Origin: an uncultured Bacillota bacterium
Lineage (GTDB): Bacteria > Bacillota_I > Bacilli_A > RFN20 > CAG-631
Reading direction: 5' to 3'
DNA length: 64,000 nt
Assembly (NCBI GenBank): GCA_905197115.1
Contig: CAJJXN010000001.1
Coordinates: forward strand, 1,463 to 65,462
Position 1 is the first letter of the stretch; every line of letters begins with the position of its first letter. Shown one piece after another: positions 1 through 10,015 of this stretch. The position numbers and the translations under genes are program-made. The notes under the pieces were generated by a model that worked only from the letters and a program-made list of their open reading frames with translations, searched no databases and was not told the DNA's origin.

Positions 1-700
1 CTAGCAGTGACATTTGAGTCTAATAAAATTTTATATTTTTTAGATTTTACTGGTTCTGCTCCTAATTGACTTAATGCTTCTTTAATCGCTTCAAGTGCGA
101 CTGCTTGAGGATTAAATTCATCAAAAGAAGAGATAATTTGATATTTAAAACCGGTTTTTGCATCTTCATTTTCCTTGACAAAAGCTTCACAATAACACAT
201 TGCATCAACTGTCTTATGTGAAAGATTCACATTTTTGGAGTTGATAATGGAAATTTTATTTTCTTCTTCCTCATAAGACATCGTTACTTCTGCTACTTTT
301 GGATCATAAGATAAACCGACTTCTTCGGCTTTTAATAAAGCAGCAATTTTATCTTTAACAGGTGCATTTTCAAAAGAATCATTATACGTTTTCATCTTTT
401 TATATTTTTGACTTCCTTCAAAAATAGCAACATCTTTATTTTCTTCAATAATTTGAGCATTATTAATAATTGAGTTTAAAATGAAATCAATGGAATCAGA
501 AGTTAAGTTTTCGGTATAAACACAACCCATTTTTCCGTTATAAATTCCACGAGCAGAAATTACTTCATTTTCAGCTACATTATAACTTTCAACTTTTTTA
601 TGAAAAATGGTTATGGAAAGTTTTTTGCTTTGTGAGATATAAAATTCTAAATCTTCAATGCCTTTTTCTTTCGCTAAAGCAAATATTTTTTTATAATTCA
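1..700 (-). CDS. pmbA: PmbA/TldE-family metallopeptidase modulator, 5'-partial in window (start ATG at 700, gene continues past coordinate 1)
   Basis: Reverse translation from 700 gives MNYKKIFALAKEKGIEDLEFYISQSKKLSITIFHK..., typical of PmbA/TldE. It sits directly downstream of tldD on the same strand. No in-frame stop occurs before the window edge. Confidence 0.7.
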
Positions 701-702
701 TC

Positions 703-2097
703 TTAGTTCCCTCCTCTTCCACCAACAGTCATGCTAGAAACACGAATAGTTGGTTGACCGACATCAGCAGGAATGCTACCACTAGAAGCACCACACATAC
801 CTTGTGCACGTTTTAAATTGTTAGCAACCATATCAATTTTAAGTAATACATTTGCCCCATTTCCAATTAAAGTAGCTCCTTTTACTGGAGTGGTAATTTT
901 ACCATTATTTACAATATAACCTTCGCTTACTGAAAAGTTAAAGTCACCTGTTGCCGGATTAACACTGCCACCACCTAACGATTTTGCATATAAACCATAT
1001 TTCGTGTTGGCGATAATTTCTTCAAATGTAGATTTGCCATTGTCAATAAAAGTATTTGACATTCTTGAAGTTGGCTCATATTTATAAGATTCACGACGGC
1101 AAGCACCATTTCCTTCTCGATTCATGGCTCTACCATTAAAGTTATCAATTAAATAATTTTGTAAAATACCATCTTTAATTAAAACGTTACGATAAGTTTT
1201 ATTTCCTTCATCATCAAAGTTTGCTGATCCCCAACCACCTTCAATTGTTCCATCATCAATAGCAGTTACTACATCACTTGCAATTTTAGTGCCTAATTTA
1301 TTGGTGAAAATAGATAAATTTCTTGAAACGGCTGATGCTTCAAGAGGATGACCACAAGCTTCATGGAAGATTACGCCACCAAATCCATTGTCAATAATAA
1401 CAGGCATAACTTTGGCAGGACATTCTTCAGCTTCAAGCATTGTAATAGCACTTTTTGCTGTTTCTTTAGCTAATGCTTCAATATCAATTTCGTCTTTGAA
1501 AAATTCAAAGCCTTTTTGAGCGCCAGGACCTACTCCTTGTGCTTCCATTTGTTCATCATTTTTTGCAATTGCCGTTAAATAGAGGCGACCTCTACAACGT
1601 GTATCATTAACAATTTTCCCATCTGTATTAAAAATGGTAATGTATTGACAAGAATTTGAAAAACGAATATCTACTTTCGCAATTTTTTCATCATATTCTT
1701 TCGCTGCTTTATAACCTCTTTTTAATAATTCCAATTGTTCTTGTAAAGGAACTTGATCATAAGGAATTTTTGGCAAATGTTTTTTAGGATTACGAACAAC
1801 CTTTAAAGGTTTTACTTCGTATTGTTTTTCTCCTTCAAAACTATCTTTTAATGTTGTTGCTAATTTAATTAAACTTTTAAAAGATAAATCATTGGTATAA
1901 CCATATACACATTTATCTTTTTTCAAAATGCGAATACCGCATCCATATTCATTGCCACTATTTGCTTTTGAAACAATTCCATTTTCTAAGGCAAGACTGG
2001 ATTCAAATGTATTTTCAAAAAAGAGTTCTCCAAAATCAGCACCAGTTTGTAAGGTGATATCAAGAATCTTTTTTGCTTTTTCTTTACTAATCATCAT
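703..2097 (-). CDS. tldD: TldD-family metalloprotease
   Basis: 464-aa ORF with the HEACGHPLE zinc-binding motif and a Gly-rich C-terminus characteristic of TldD. Paired with pmbA. Confidence 0.8.
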   Translation of the reverse strand: MMISKEKAKKILDITLQTGADFGELFFENTFESSLALENGIVSKANSGNEYGCGIRILKKDKCVYGYTNDLSFKSLIKLATTLKDSFEGEKQYEVKPLKVVRNPKKHLPKIPYDQVPLQEQLELLKRGYKAAKEYDEKIAKVDIRFSNSCQYITIFNTDGKIVNDTRCRGRLYLTAIAKNDEQMEAQGVGPGAQKGFEFFKDEIDIEALAKETAKSAITMLEAEECPAKVMPVIIDNGFGGVIFHEACGHPLEASAVSRNLSIFTNKLGTKIASDVVTAIDDGTIEGGWGSANFDDEGNKTYRNVLIKDGILQNYLIDNFNGRAMNREGNGACRRESYKYEPTSRMSNTFIDNGKSTFEEIIANTKYGLYAKSLGGGSVNPATGDFNFSVSEGYIVNNGKITTPVKGATLIGNGANVLLKIDMVANNLKRAQGMCGASSGSIPADVGQPTIRVSSMTVGGRGGN

Positions 2098-2227
2098 ATC
2101 GGCTCCTTTCTTATTGATTTCATTATATCACTTTTTATATTTTTTTATAGAAAAATATAATAAAAGTTTATTGAAGAAAAAAGCAGAATAGGTTATTCTT
2201 TATTTGAGAAAGATAGGAGAAATTGAA

Positions 2228-4216
2228 ATGGAAATAAAAAAAGAACTTGTTTATAAAGTTGATTATATAAATCCTACTGAAAAAACGAATCCAAGTTGTG
2301 CTTATGTTCCTGCTTTTAGAGGGCAAGATCAATTAATTATTTATACTTATGATTATTGTTATAAAACAAAAAATGGAATGAGTGGGACAAATCCGTGGGG
2401 ACTTGAAATAGCAATTAATGAGGATGGAATTGCGACAGAAATCAGTGATCGTTTAGTAATTCCTCAAAAAGGATTTTTATTAAGTGGCAACTCAAAAGCA
2501 CATACATTTTTATTAGAAAATGTAGAATTAGGAACAAAAGTTAGTTTTGATGAAAAAAGTATGTTATTAACAGTCCATGTAAATAAAATCAAATCGGCTT
2601 TATATACTTTAAATATAAAAATTCAAGAAATTCAAAATAGAGTTAAAGAAGCGTTTAAAGATGTTTTACTTTTTGATCGACACGTAGTGCAAGAAAATGT
2701 AAAATGGATTGAAACAAATTTTTTGAAATTAAACCAAATGCAAGCAAATGATTTAGATGAAAAAACAATAAATGAATTTTTTGAAATAAATGATAAAATT
2801 CAAAAAAAGATAACGGAAGTATATTGTGCAACAATGCCTAGTTATAGTGTCGAATCAAGAGGTGTTTGGTTCCGACCAGAAGAAAAGACTTTGCAAGAAA
2901 TCATACATAATTTAGATATTATGCAAGAATGCAATTTAAATACGTTATATGTTGAATCATTTTATAACGGAAACATTCCAGGAATTTCAAAAATCACTGA
3001 TACTTGTGAAGAAGTTAAAGAGGGAGATTATGGAATTTATAAAAAAGATTATTTAAAAGCTTTAATTGCCGAAGCACATAAAAGAAATATCGAAGTTCAT
3101 GCTTGGGTTGAAAACTTTTTTGTGGGAGAACATATTCGTTTTGACAAGGATTATCCTGATGAGTTTAGAATGGTGAATTATGATGGTACGACGATGCAAG
3201 GACCTGGAGATGGAAATAGTGAAATTATGGAAAACGGTTTTATTTTCTTAGATCCAGCGAATCCTAAAGTTCATGAATATGTGCTATCTATTTATGAAGA
3301 AATGTTAACTAATTATGATTTTGATGGCTTCCATATTGATTATGTACGTTATCCAAATGGTAATTTAGATATTTTAACAAGTAATGGCTATAGTGAATAT
3401 GCAATGGAAGAATTTAAAAAACGATATGGTTATGCTGAAACAGAAAATGTAAGAGAGTTGGTAAAAGATGACAAAGTGAATCAACAATGGATTCAATATC
3501 GATGCGATAAAATTACTTTAATGGTAAAAGAAGTTTACGAACTAGTTCATAAAATCAAGCCAAATTGTAAAATCTCAATGGCTGTTGTTCCAGAAACTGA
3601 TTATGCAATCAAAAATAAAATGCAAGACTGGGTTAAATGGGTAAAAAATGGTTGGATTGATATTACATTGCCAATGGCTTATTATTTTGGAACGAGCGAA
3701 ATTGAAAACGCAACGAGAAATTTAGTTACTTTTAATGAAAATAAAGCTTTTAGTTACACGGGAATTTCGCCAAACTATCCAGGGGCACCTAGTGTCGTAA
3801 ATGCTTATCAAATCGAGGCTTGTATTAAAAATAAAGCTCAAGGATATGCGATCTTTGCTTTACACAATATTTTACCTTATCCTTCTATTCAACATGTTTT
3901 AAAAATTGGACCAAATCGGAATGCTGCCGTTTTACCTCATGGTGATTTTAATAAAATATTAAATGCTTATAAAAGTGATTTATTAGAAAAAATCATTTAT
4001 TTTGAAGAAAATAACGAATTAGTTCATAAAAAAGAATTTCTTCATAAAATAAATGCTTTAAAAGCCGATAATTTAGAGGATTTAATTAATAAATTGAATT
4101 ATTTTATAGAAGAAGTTAAAAAAGATCTTGTGGGAAATTCTTATCAAGCCTTCATAAAACAAACACAACATATTTTAACAATTTTAAAAATTCAAGAATA
4201 TCAAGCGACAAAATGA
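2228..4216 (+). CDS. DUF187/GHL10 (YngK-like, family-10-like glycoside hydrolase) protein
   Basis: About 660 aa; the central region (RGVWFRPEE..., FDGFHIDYVRYP) resembles the YngK/GHL10 TIM-barrel family. GGAG RBS 10 nt before the ATG at 2228; the ORF track begins at 2204. Confidence 0.45.
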   Translation: MEIKKELVYKVDYINPTEKTNPSCAYVPAFRGQDQLIIYTYDYCYKTKNGMSGTNPWGLEIAINEDGIATEISDRLVIPQKGFLLSGNSKAHTFLLENVELGTKVSFDEKSMLLTVHVNKIKSALYTLNIKIQEIQNRVKEAFKDVLLFDRHVVQENVKWIETNFLKLNQMQANDLDEKTINEFFEINDKIQKKITEVYCATMPSYSVESRGVWFRPEEKTLQEIIHNLDIMQECNLNTLYVESFYNGNIPGISKITDTCEEVKEGDYGIYKKDYLKALIAEAHKRNIEVHAWVENFFVGEHIRFDKDYPDEFRMVNYDGTTMQGPGDGNSEIMENGFIFLDPANPKVHEYVLSIYEEMLTNYDFDGFHIDYVRYPNGNLDILTSNGYSEYAMEEFKKRYGYAETENVRELVKDDKVNQQWIQYRCDKITLMVKEVYELVHKIKPNCKISMAVVPETDYAIKNKMQDWVKWVKNGWIDITLPMAYYFGTSEIENATRNLVTFNENKAFSYTGISPNYPGAPSVVNAYQIEACIKNKAQGYAIFALHNILPYPSIQHVLKIGPNRNAAVLPHGDFNKILNAYKSDLLEKIIYFEENNELVHKKEFLHKINALKADNLEDLINKLNYFIEEVKKDLVGNSYQAFIKQTQHILTILKIQEYQATK

Positions 4217-4253
4217 AAAAAAAGGTTTATAATAAAAAAGGAAAGAGGGAATA

Positions 4254-4973
4254 ATGATGGAAATTAAAATTATGAATTCTAAAAAAATAGATGAAGAAAT
4301 TGCAAATTTATTTATTAAAACAGTAAATGACAACCCAAAATGTATTTTAGGATTAGCAACAGGGTCAAGTCCTTTAGGTGTCTACCAATTATTAGTGAAA
4401 GCATGTGAAGAAAAAAAAGTTTCTTTTAAAGATGTTACTACTTTTAATTTAGATGAATATGTGGGCTTAGATGGAGATCATGACCAATCATATCGTTATT
4501 TTATGAACCACAATTTATTTAATCACATTGATATCGATAAAGCGCATACACATGTACCTTCAGGATTAAATATTGAAGCTGCTAGTCAATATGATAAAGA
4601 TATTGAAGCTGCTGGAGGAATTGATCTTCAAATCTTAGGTATCGGTTCAAATGGACATATTGCCTTTAATGAACCAGGAACACCATTAGATTCTTTAACT
4701 CATGTAGTTAAATTAGATGATTCTACACGTAAAGATAACGCTCGTTTCTTTACAAGCATTGATGAAGTTCCAACGCATGCAGTTAGCATGGGACTTGCTT
4801 CAATTATGAAAGCTAAAAAAATAGTATTAATTGCAACAGGTGCTAAAAAAGCACAAGCGATTAAAGCCTTAGTAGATGGTGAAGTTACTTCATCTTTACC
4901 TGTAAGTATTTTAAAAAATCATAAAGATGCAACAATTTATGTAGATGAAGAAGCAGCTTCATTATTAGGATAA
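4254..4973 (+). CDS. nagB: glucosamine-6-phosphate deaminase
   Basis: GLATGSSPLGVYQ and NLDEYVGL motifs, 239 aa. GAAAGAGGGA RBS. Confidence 0.9.
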   Translation: MMEIKIMNSKKIDEEIANLFIKTVNDNPKCILGLATGSSPLGVYQLLVKACEEKKVSFKDVTTFNLDEYVGLDGDHDQSYRYFMNHNLFNHIDIDKAHTHVPSGLNIEAASQYDKDIEAAGGIDLQILGIGSNGHIAFNEPGTPLDSLTHVVKLDDSTRKDNARFFTSIDEVPTHAVSMGLASIMKAKKIVLIATGAKKAQAIKALVDGEVTSSLPVSILKNHKDATIYVDEEAASLLG

Positions 4974-4976
4974 AAT

Positions 4977-5300
4977 ATGTGTAAATGTTTAGTTTGCCAC
5001 CAAGATGCACAAGTCATAACAAAAGATTTTTTAATTGAAGAAGTGACTTGTCCTCATTGTGGACATTATCATTATGAAAAACCATTCAAGACATCTTATG
5101 ATTATTTTTTGTCTCAACAAAATCAAGAAGATGTGAATAAAATCATCAAGCAAATGAAAAAAATTATCAAAAAAGAAAATGTATGTTTTGTAGATGATTT
5201 CGAAAAATCATTAGCGGATGGTTGTGCTCTTTATGAACTATTGCAAATGTTTATTATGAAGCAGAAAATACGGAAGGAAAGACCGTTGCAGATCTTATGA
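4977..5300 (+). CDS. small Cys-rich (CxxC...CxxC zinc-ribbon) hypothetical protein
   Basis: 107 aa with CLVCH...CPHCGH. Translationally coupled 3 nt after the nagB stop. Confidence 0.4.
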   Translation: MCKCLVCHQDAQVITKDFLIEEVTCPHCGHYHYEKPFKTSYDYFLSQQNQEDVNKIIKQMKKIIKKENVCFVDDFEKSLADGCALYELLQMFIMKQKIRKERPLQIL

Positions 5301-5324
5301 CTGAATTACAGAAAATGAAAGAAA

Positions 5325-5358
5325 TAAAAAAATGATGATTTTCATCATTTTTTTCTTT
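5325..5358 (+). terminator. rho-independent terminator (aatgatgaTTTTcatcatt plus T-tract)
   Basis: Perfect 8-bp stem and T run after the nagB/zinc-ribbon operon. Confidence 0.6.
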
Positions 5359-5390
5359 ATAATAAATTTAGATTGGATTGAGGTATGAAA

Positions 5391-6296
5391 ATGAAATCAA
5401 AATATAAACGTTGGATAGATAAAAAAATTGATAATTTGTCGAATAAAACGATTATTATTACAGGTTGCAATTCAGGAATAGGATTTTATACGGCATTATT
5501 TTTATCTTATAAGAATGCAAAAATTATTATGGCTTGTAGAAATTTAAATAAAGCTCAAGAAGCAAAAGAAAAAATATTACTTGAAAATCCTTGTGCTCAA
5601 TTAGAAATTTATAAATTAGATGTGTCTTCTTTAGAAAGTATTCAAGAATTTGTGAAAAATATAAAGAAAAACTATCATTCTATCGACATTTTAATTAATA
5701 ATGCGGGTGTTTTTCATCTAAAACAAACTTGGACAGAAAATCATTTTGATATTATTATGGCAACGAATTATTTGGGACCTTACTTATTAAGTGAATTACT
5801 CATGCCGATTTTAAAAGAAAAGATAATATTTACAACGTCTATTGCCCATAAATGGGGTAAAATAAATTATGAAGATTTTTATAGTATCAAACATTATAAG
5901 CATATTCCAGTGTATGCAAATTCAAAATTAGCTATATCTAAATACTTTATGTACTTAGTTTCAAATGAAAAAAGAAAAATACAAGTTTTAGCAGCACATC
6001 CAGGCATTAGTTCAACTAATTTATTAGATCCAAGCAAGGGTGGTGTATCAAAGGCTTTTTCTAGATGTGGGAATGCTTTCTTACGATTATTTATGCATTC
6101 TGCGGTTAAAGCTTCTCTATCACTTGTTTATGCTGCAGGTTCAAATAAAACTTTAAATGGAGATGTTTATGGACCTCGTGGACTTTTTGAAATATCTGGT
6201 TACCCTAAAAAAAGAAAATTAAGCAAAAAAGTTTGTGTGAATGTGGAAGAATTTATCGAGTATACTCAAAAAATACTTCAATTAGATAAAAATTAA
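5391..6296 (+). CDS. short-chain dehydrogenase/reductase (SDR) family oxidoreductase
   Basis: TGCNSGIG Rossmann motif, NNAG, YANSK catalytic YxxxK. ATG at 5391 has better SD spacing than 5385. Confidence 0.8.
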   Translation: MKSKYKRWIDKKIDNLSNKTIIITGCNSGIGFYTALFLSYKNAKIIMACRNLNKAQEAKEKILLENPCAQLEIYKLDVSSLESIQEFVKNIKKNYHSIDILINNAGVFHLKQTWTENHFDIIMATNYLGPYLLSELLMPILKEKIIFTTSIAHKWGKINYEDFYSIKHYKHIPVYANSKLAISKYFMYLVSNEKRKIQVLAAHPGISSTNLLDPSKGGVSKAFSRCGNAFLRLFMHSAVKASLSLVYAAGSNKTLNGDVYGPRGLFEISGYPKKRKLSKKVCVNVEEFIEYTQKILQLDKN

Positions 6297-6369
6297 TTGC
6301 ATTTTAGATGCTTTCAGCATATGATAAAATGTATCTAATAGATAATAGCCTATATAGGAGGTTTAATAT

Positions 6370-7506
6370 ATGCTTACAAAAAAAGACTTACAAGAAATTT
6401 TTGAAAACTATAATTTAGATTTTTCAAAATATGTGAATAAAAAGCAAATTAAAATTGGACATATTAATAATACTTATAAACTTTACTTTGACTTGGGAAG
6501 TAAAATGAAACGTTATTTATTACAAGAAATTAATACCAATGTATTTCAAAACCCTGTGGAATTAATGGAAAATATTGAAAGAACAACTTCTTTTTTAAGC
6601 GAAAAAGTCAAAGACGAAAAAAACGCAGAAAATCGATGCTTGAGAGTTTTAAAAACAAAAAACAATCGCTCGTATATGATTTCAAGTAAAAATCGTTTTT
6701 ATCGTATTTATTATTTTATTGAAAATGCGAAAACTTATCAAAAAACAAGTGATTTAAAATTATTTTATAATGCTGGAAGAGCAATCGGTGATTTCCAAAA
6801 CTTATTATCTGATTTTGATGCTTCTTCTTTGCATGAAACGATTCCTAATTTTCACAATACTCCTTACCGATTTGAAACCTTTTTAAGAATTCTAAAAAAA
6901 GATCCATGTAATCGTGCGAAAACTTGTAACGAAGAAATCCAATTTGTATTAGGAATGAAAGATTTTAGCAATATTATTACATCTTTAATTGAAAAAAAGA
7001 AAATACCATTAAAAGTAACACACAATGATACAAAATTAAATAATATTATGTTTGATTGTGATACGAAAGAAGAACTATGCTTAGTTGATTTAGATACTGT
7101 TATGCCAGGATCTATTTTATATGATTTTGGGGACGCAATTCGCTCAGGTTGTAATAAAGCAGCAGAAGATGAAAAAGATTTAAGTAAAGTTATTTTTTCT
7201 ACAGAATTATTTCAAGCATTTACCGAAGGATATTTATCAAGAGTAGTTCAATCAATCACAAAAATTGAATTAGAACATTTAGTAGATAGTGCTATTTTAA
7301 TGACTTTTGAATGTGGCATGCGTTTTTTAACGGACCATATAGATGGTGACCATTATTTTAAAATTCATTATGAAGGACATAACTTAGTTCGTTGCCGTAC
7401 ACAATTCCATTTGGTAAAACAAATGTTAAAACAAAAAGAATTATTGGAAGATATGGTTCATACAGCTTATCAAAAAGCATTAAAAGAATCGAAAATCACT
7501 TTATAA
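6370..7506 (+). CDS. APH-family sugar kinase, NahK-like (N-acetylhexosamine 1-kinase family)
   Basis: VTHNDTKLNNIMFD catalytic loop and LVDLDTVMPGSILYDFGD (DFG-like). Additional blocks (FGDFQNLLSDFDASSLHETIPNFHNTPYRFE, ECGMRFLTDHIDGD, EGHNLVRCRTQ) match my recollection of Bifidobacterium NahK. Confidence 0.55.
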   Translation: MLTKKDLQEIFENYNLDFSKYVNKKQIKIGHINNTYKLYFDLGSKMKRYLLQEINTNVFQNPVELMENIERTTSFLSEKVKDEKNAENRCLRVLKTKNNRSYMISSKNRFYRIYYFIENAKTYQKTSDLKLFYNAGRAIGDFQNLLSDFDASSLHETIPNFHNTPYRFETFLRILKKDPCNRAKTCNEEIQFVLGMKDFSNIITSLIEKKKIPLKVTHNDTKLNNIMFDCDTKEELCLVDLDTVMPGSILYDFGDAIRSGCNKAAEDEKDLSKVIFSTELFQAFTEGYLSRVVQSITKIELEHLVDSAILMTFECGMRFLTDHIDGDHYFKIHYEGHNLVRCRTQFHLVKQMLKQKELLEDMVHTAYQKALKESKITL

Positions 7507-7555
7507 AAGTGATTTTTTTGTTATAATAGGAAAGTAATAGTAAGAAGGTAGAGTT

Positions 7556-8341
7556 ATGAATCAATTTAAAATTATAAAAATAAATGAAGAAATTACGTGC
7601 ATTAATGATGATCAATTATGCAGTGTATATGTTGTGGTTGGAACAAAAAAGGCTTTAATAATAGATACGGGAATGAGTACTACACCATCTTTGTTAAACG
7701 AAATTAAAAAAATTACAAATAAAGAATTAATCGTTGTTTTAACGCATGGTCATTTTGATCATACGGGTCATATTTGTGAATTTGATGAAATTTATATGGA
7801 TAAAGATGATTTTGAATGTTTAATCAAACAAGAAGAATTAAAAACTTGTTTATCAAAAATAAAGTTTGTTGAAAATGAACAAGAATTTGACTTAGGTAAT
7901 TATACGATTAAAGTTTTAAAAACGCCAGGTCATACTCAAGGAAGTATCGTACTTATCGATGAATTTCATCATATTTTATTTACCGGTGATCAATTTGGCT
8001 CAGGCTGTGGTGTTTGGATGCAAGTAAATGAAGCATTACCTTTGTCTAAATATATTGAATCTATCGAAAATTTTAAAAACTATATTATTAATAATTATAA
8101 TTATGATTATTATAAATGGAATTATTTAGGTGGTCATTTAGGACAAGAAACCACCGGTAGAATGGGATTTAATCCTTTAAATAGTGAAATGATTGAGAAT
8201 TTAAAAACATTATCACAACTTACTTTAGAGCATAAAGTGATGTTACAATCGACAAGTGCAACTGAATTCAATAATGAAAAATCTTATTATGTATGCTATA
8301 AAAACGCCGAAATGGTTATAAGAAAATCTTTGATAAAATAA
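7556..8341 (+). CDS. MBL-fold metallo-hydrolase
   Basis: THGHFDHTGH metal-binding motif; 261 aa. Confidence 0.7.
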   Translation: MNQFKIIKINEEITCINDDQLCSVYVVVGTKKALIIDTGMSTTPSLLNEIKKITNKELIVVLTHGHFDHTGHICEFDEIYMDKDDFECLIKQEELKTCLSKIKFVENEQEFDLGNYTIKVLKTPGHTQGSIVLIDEFHHILFTGDQFGSGCGVWMQVNEALPLSKYIESIENFKNYIINNYNYDYYKWNYLGGHLGQETTGRMGFNPLNSEMIENLKTLSQLTLEHKVMLQSTSATEFNNEKSYYVCYKNAEMVIRKSLIK

Positions 8342-8383
8342 AAAAGTAGACAATGTTCTTTAAAAACATTGTCTATTTTATTC
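8342..8383. terminator. bidirectional rho-independent terminator between convergent genes
   Basis: tagacaatgtt...aacattgtcta 11-bp stem flanked by an A-run and a T-run. Confidence 0.6.
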
Positions 8384-8402
8384 ATTGAATTTAAGTAATT
8401 TT

Positions 8403-8954
8403 TTAGAACTGTTGAAGTAATTCTTCTACTGTAAAAACTTGAGCACCATATACATCTTTTAAATATTTTATACCATACGTATAATCTTCTAAAGTAAAGG
8501 AATCGGTTGCATCCCTAGCTACAACAACATTATATCCGAGACAATAAGCATCAGCAGCAGTGTGACGGACACACATATGAGTATGTAAACCAGTTAAGAT
8601 AACCGTATCTATATTTAATTCCTTTAATAATAAATCTAAATCTGTATGAAAAAAGCCACTATAGCGACGTTTAGGAACAATATAATCTTTTTCATTTACT
8701 TCAAGTTCAGGAATTACTTCTGCTCCTTTTGTTCCTGCGATTGCGTGTTCACCCCAAAGTTGTAATTCATGGTCAATTCCTTTTACATGGGCATCGTTAC
8801 AAAAAATAATTGGTATATTTTTTTCTCTAGCACCTTTTAATAATTTTGCATTTGTTGCTACAATAGCTAACCCACGATCGCATTTTAAAGCACCTGTAAC
8901 AAAATCGTTTAACATATCTACAACTAAAATAGCTGTTTTATTTTTATCTATCAT
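8403..8954 (-). CDS. isochorismatase-family cysteine hydrolase (nicotinamidase-like)
   Basis: ILVVDMLNDF and a conserved catalytic Cys region. Start moved to the ATG at 8954 (MIDKNKTA), which has an AGGGAGGA RBS; the ORF-track 5' extension is low-complexity. Confidence 0.7.
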   Translation of the reverse strand: MIDKNKTAILVVDMLNDFVTGALKCDRGLAIVATNAKLLKGAREKNIPIIFCNDAHVKGIDHELQLWGEHAIAGTKGAEVIPELEVNEKDYIVPKRRYSGFFHTDLDLLLKELNIDTVILTGLHTHMCVRHTAADAYCLGYNVVVARDATDSFTLEDYTYGIKYLKDVYGAQVFTVEELLQQF

Positions 8955-9041
8955 TTTAAAATCCTCCCTTTTTAAAAATTTTATCATATTCAAAAAAAAG
9001 TTAATACTAAAAGTATTAATAAAAAAAAAGTCGAATGTGTA

Positions 9042-9070
9042 TTGCAATACTATGTAATGCATAATATAAT
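9042..9070 (+). promoter_or_regulatory. sigma-A-like promoter TTGCAA-17-TATAAT upstream of the padR operon
   Basis: Consensus-like hexamers with 17-bp spacing about 25 nt upstream of the padR RBS. Confidence 0.4.
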
Positions 9071-9093
9071 ATAATGCGTAAGGAGGAGATAAA

Positions 9094-9420
9094 ATGGATT
9101 CGCAATTAAAAAAAGGGTTAATTGAAGTGTGCGTATTAGCCTCTTTATTACGTAAAGAATCTTATGGGTATAAAATTATTGATGATTTAAAAGATTACAT
9201 TGAGATTTCTGAATCCACTTTATATCCAATTTTAAAAAGGTTAGAAGCAAGAGGGGCCTTAAGAACACGTTCTGTTGCGATTAATGGAAGACTTCGAAAA
9301 TATTATATGATTAGTGAAAAGGGAAAAAAAGAAATTGATGATTTTTTAGAAGAAATAAAAGAATTTAATAGAGTCGCTGATTATATTCAAAAAGCTTCAG
9401 GGGGTTATATACATGACTAA
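9094..9420 (+). CDS. PadR-family transcriptional regulator
   Basis: 108 aa with LYPILKRLEARG winged-helix signature. Confidence 0.85.
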   Translation: MDSQLKKGLIEVCVLASLLRKESYGYKIIDDLKDYIEISESTLYPILKRLEARGALRTRSVAINGRLRKYYMISEKGKKEIDDFLEEIKEFNRVADYIQKASGGYIHD

Positions 9421-10003
9421 GAAAGAATGGTTTGAAGATTTTAAAGGTAGATTAGATCGCTTACCAAATAAGGATTGCCAAGAAGCAATCAATTTTTATG
9501 AAGAACTTTATCAAGATAAATTAGATCAAGGATTAGATCCAAAAAGTATTATTGAAGGGTTTCCTCTTCCAGAAGATGCAGCTAAAAAAATTCTTGATGA
9601 AGTTAAAGAAGAAAATTTAGAAAACACGCCAGAAATTAAAACATATAAAGAAAAAAAAGTAAAAGAAAAGAAAGAAAAACCTGAAAAAGTCAAAAAAGAA
9701 AAAAGAGGAAAACCTATGTGGTTAAAAATTGTTTCAATTCTTATTGCATTTCCTATTTTTATCGTTTTGTTTTCTTTAAGTATTGCTTTTATTTGTGTGT
9801 TTTTGTCGGGATTTGCTGTTGTAGTTTATGGTTTTGTTTCTTTAATTTATTATATTATTATTTATTTTAAATCCATGGGAGATTTAATATTAAATAGTGG
9901 TTTTGCACTCATCGTTATTGCTAGTGGCTTTTTACTTATTACTTTATTTGGAAATTTGACTCGATTATGCTTTAAAGGTGTCGGTCAATTATGCAAAAGA
10001 TAG
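9413..10003 (+). CDS. DUF1700-family membrane protein (PadR-associated)
   Basis: N-terminal MTKKEWFEDFKGRLDRLP motif typical of DUF1700, with C-terminal TM helices. ATGA overlap with padR. Confidence 0.6.
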   Translation: MTKKEWFEDFKGRLDRLPNKDCQEAINFYEELYQDKLDQGLDPKSIIEGFPLPEDAAKKILDEVKEENLENTPEIKTYKEKKVKEKKEKPEKVKKEKRGKPMWLKIVSILIAFPIFIVLFSLSIAFICVFLSGFAVVVYGFVSLIYYIIIYFKSMGDLILNSGFALIVIASGFLLITLFGNLTRLCFKGVGQLCKR

Positions 10004-10015
10004 GAGGGGTATAAA

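Noticed and set aside
1928-2191. Antisense or shadow ORFs inside confident genes: 1928-2191, 10122-10364, 14013-14201, 17180-17410, 19898-20179, 20848-21048, 21687-21884, 23913-24104, 24484-24735, 26363-26551, 32578-32796, 34229-34420, 34790-34972, 37859-38050, 40995-41177, 42771-42959, 43388-43615, 48100-48369, 48860-49057, 50040-50246, 51782-52030, 56287-56847, 57162-57368, 60912-61109, 61706-61891, 63539-63796
   Set aside because: Each lies wholly or largely within, and opposite to or out of frame with, a longer ORF that has clear homology signatures. They have low-complexity composition and no RBS. These are typical AT-rich-genome shadow ORFs.
8403-9062. Long ORF-track 5' extensions: isochorismatase 8403-9062, ABC ATPase 19483-20532, ackA 31952-33208, deacetylase 24089-24856, pgm 11846-13576, rimO to 31010, psuG to 35076, catalase from 36175, tatD from 39064, yabG from 41243, aminopeptidase from 45789
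   Set aside because: In each case a downstream in-frame ATG has a canonical SD at 6-10 nt and begins the conserved N-terminus of the family. The upstream extensions are low-complexity and often start on GTG/TTG. Downstream starts were adopted.
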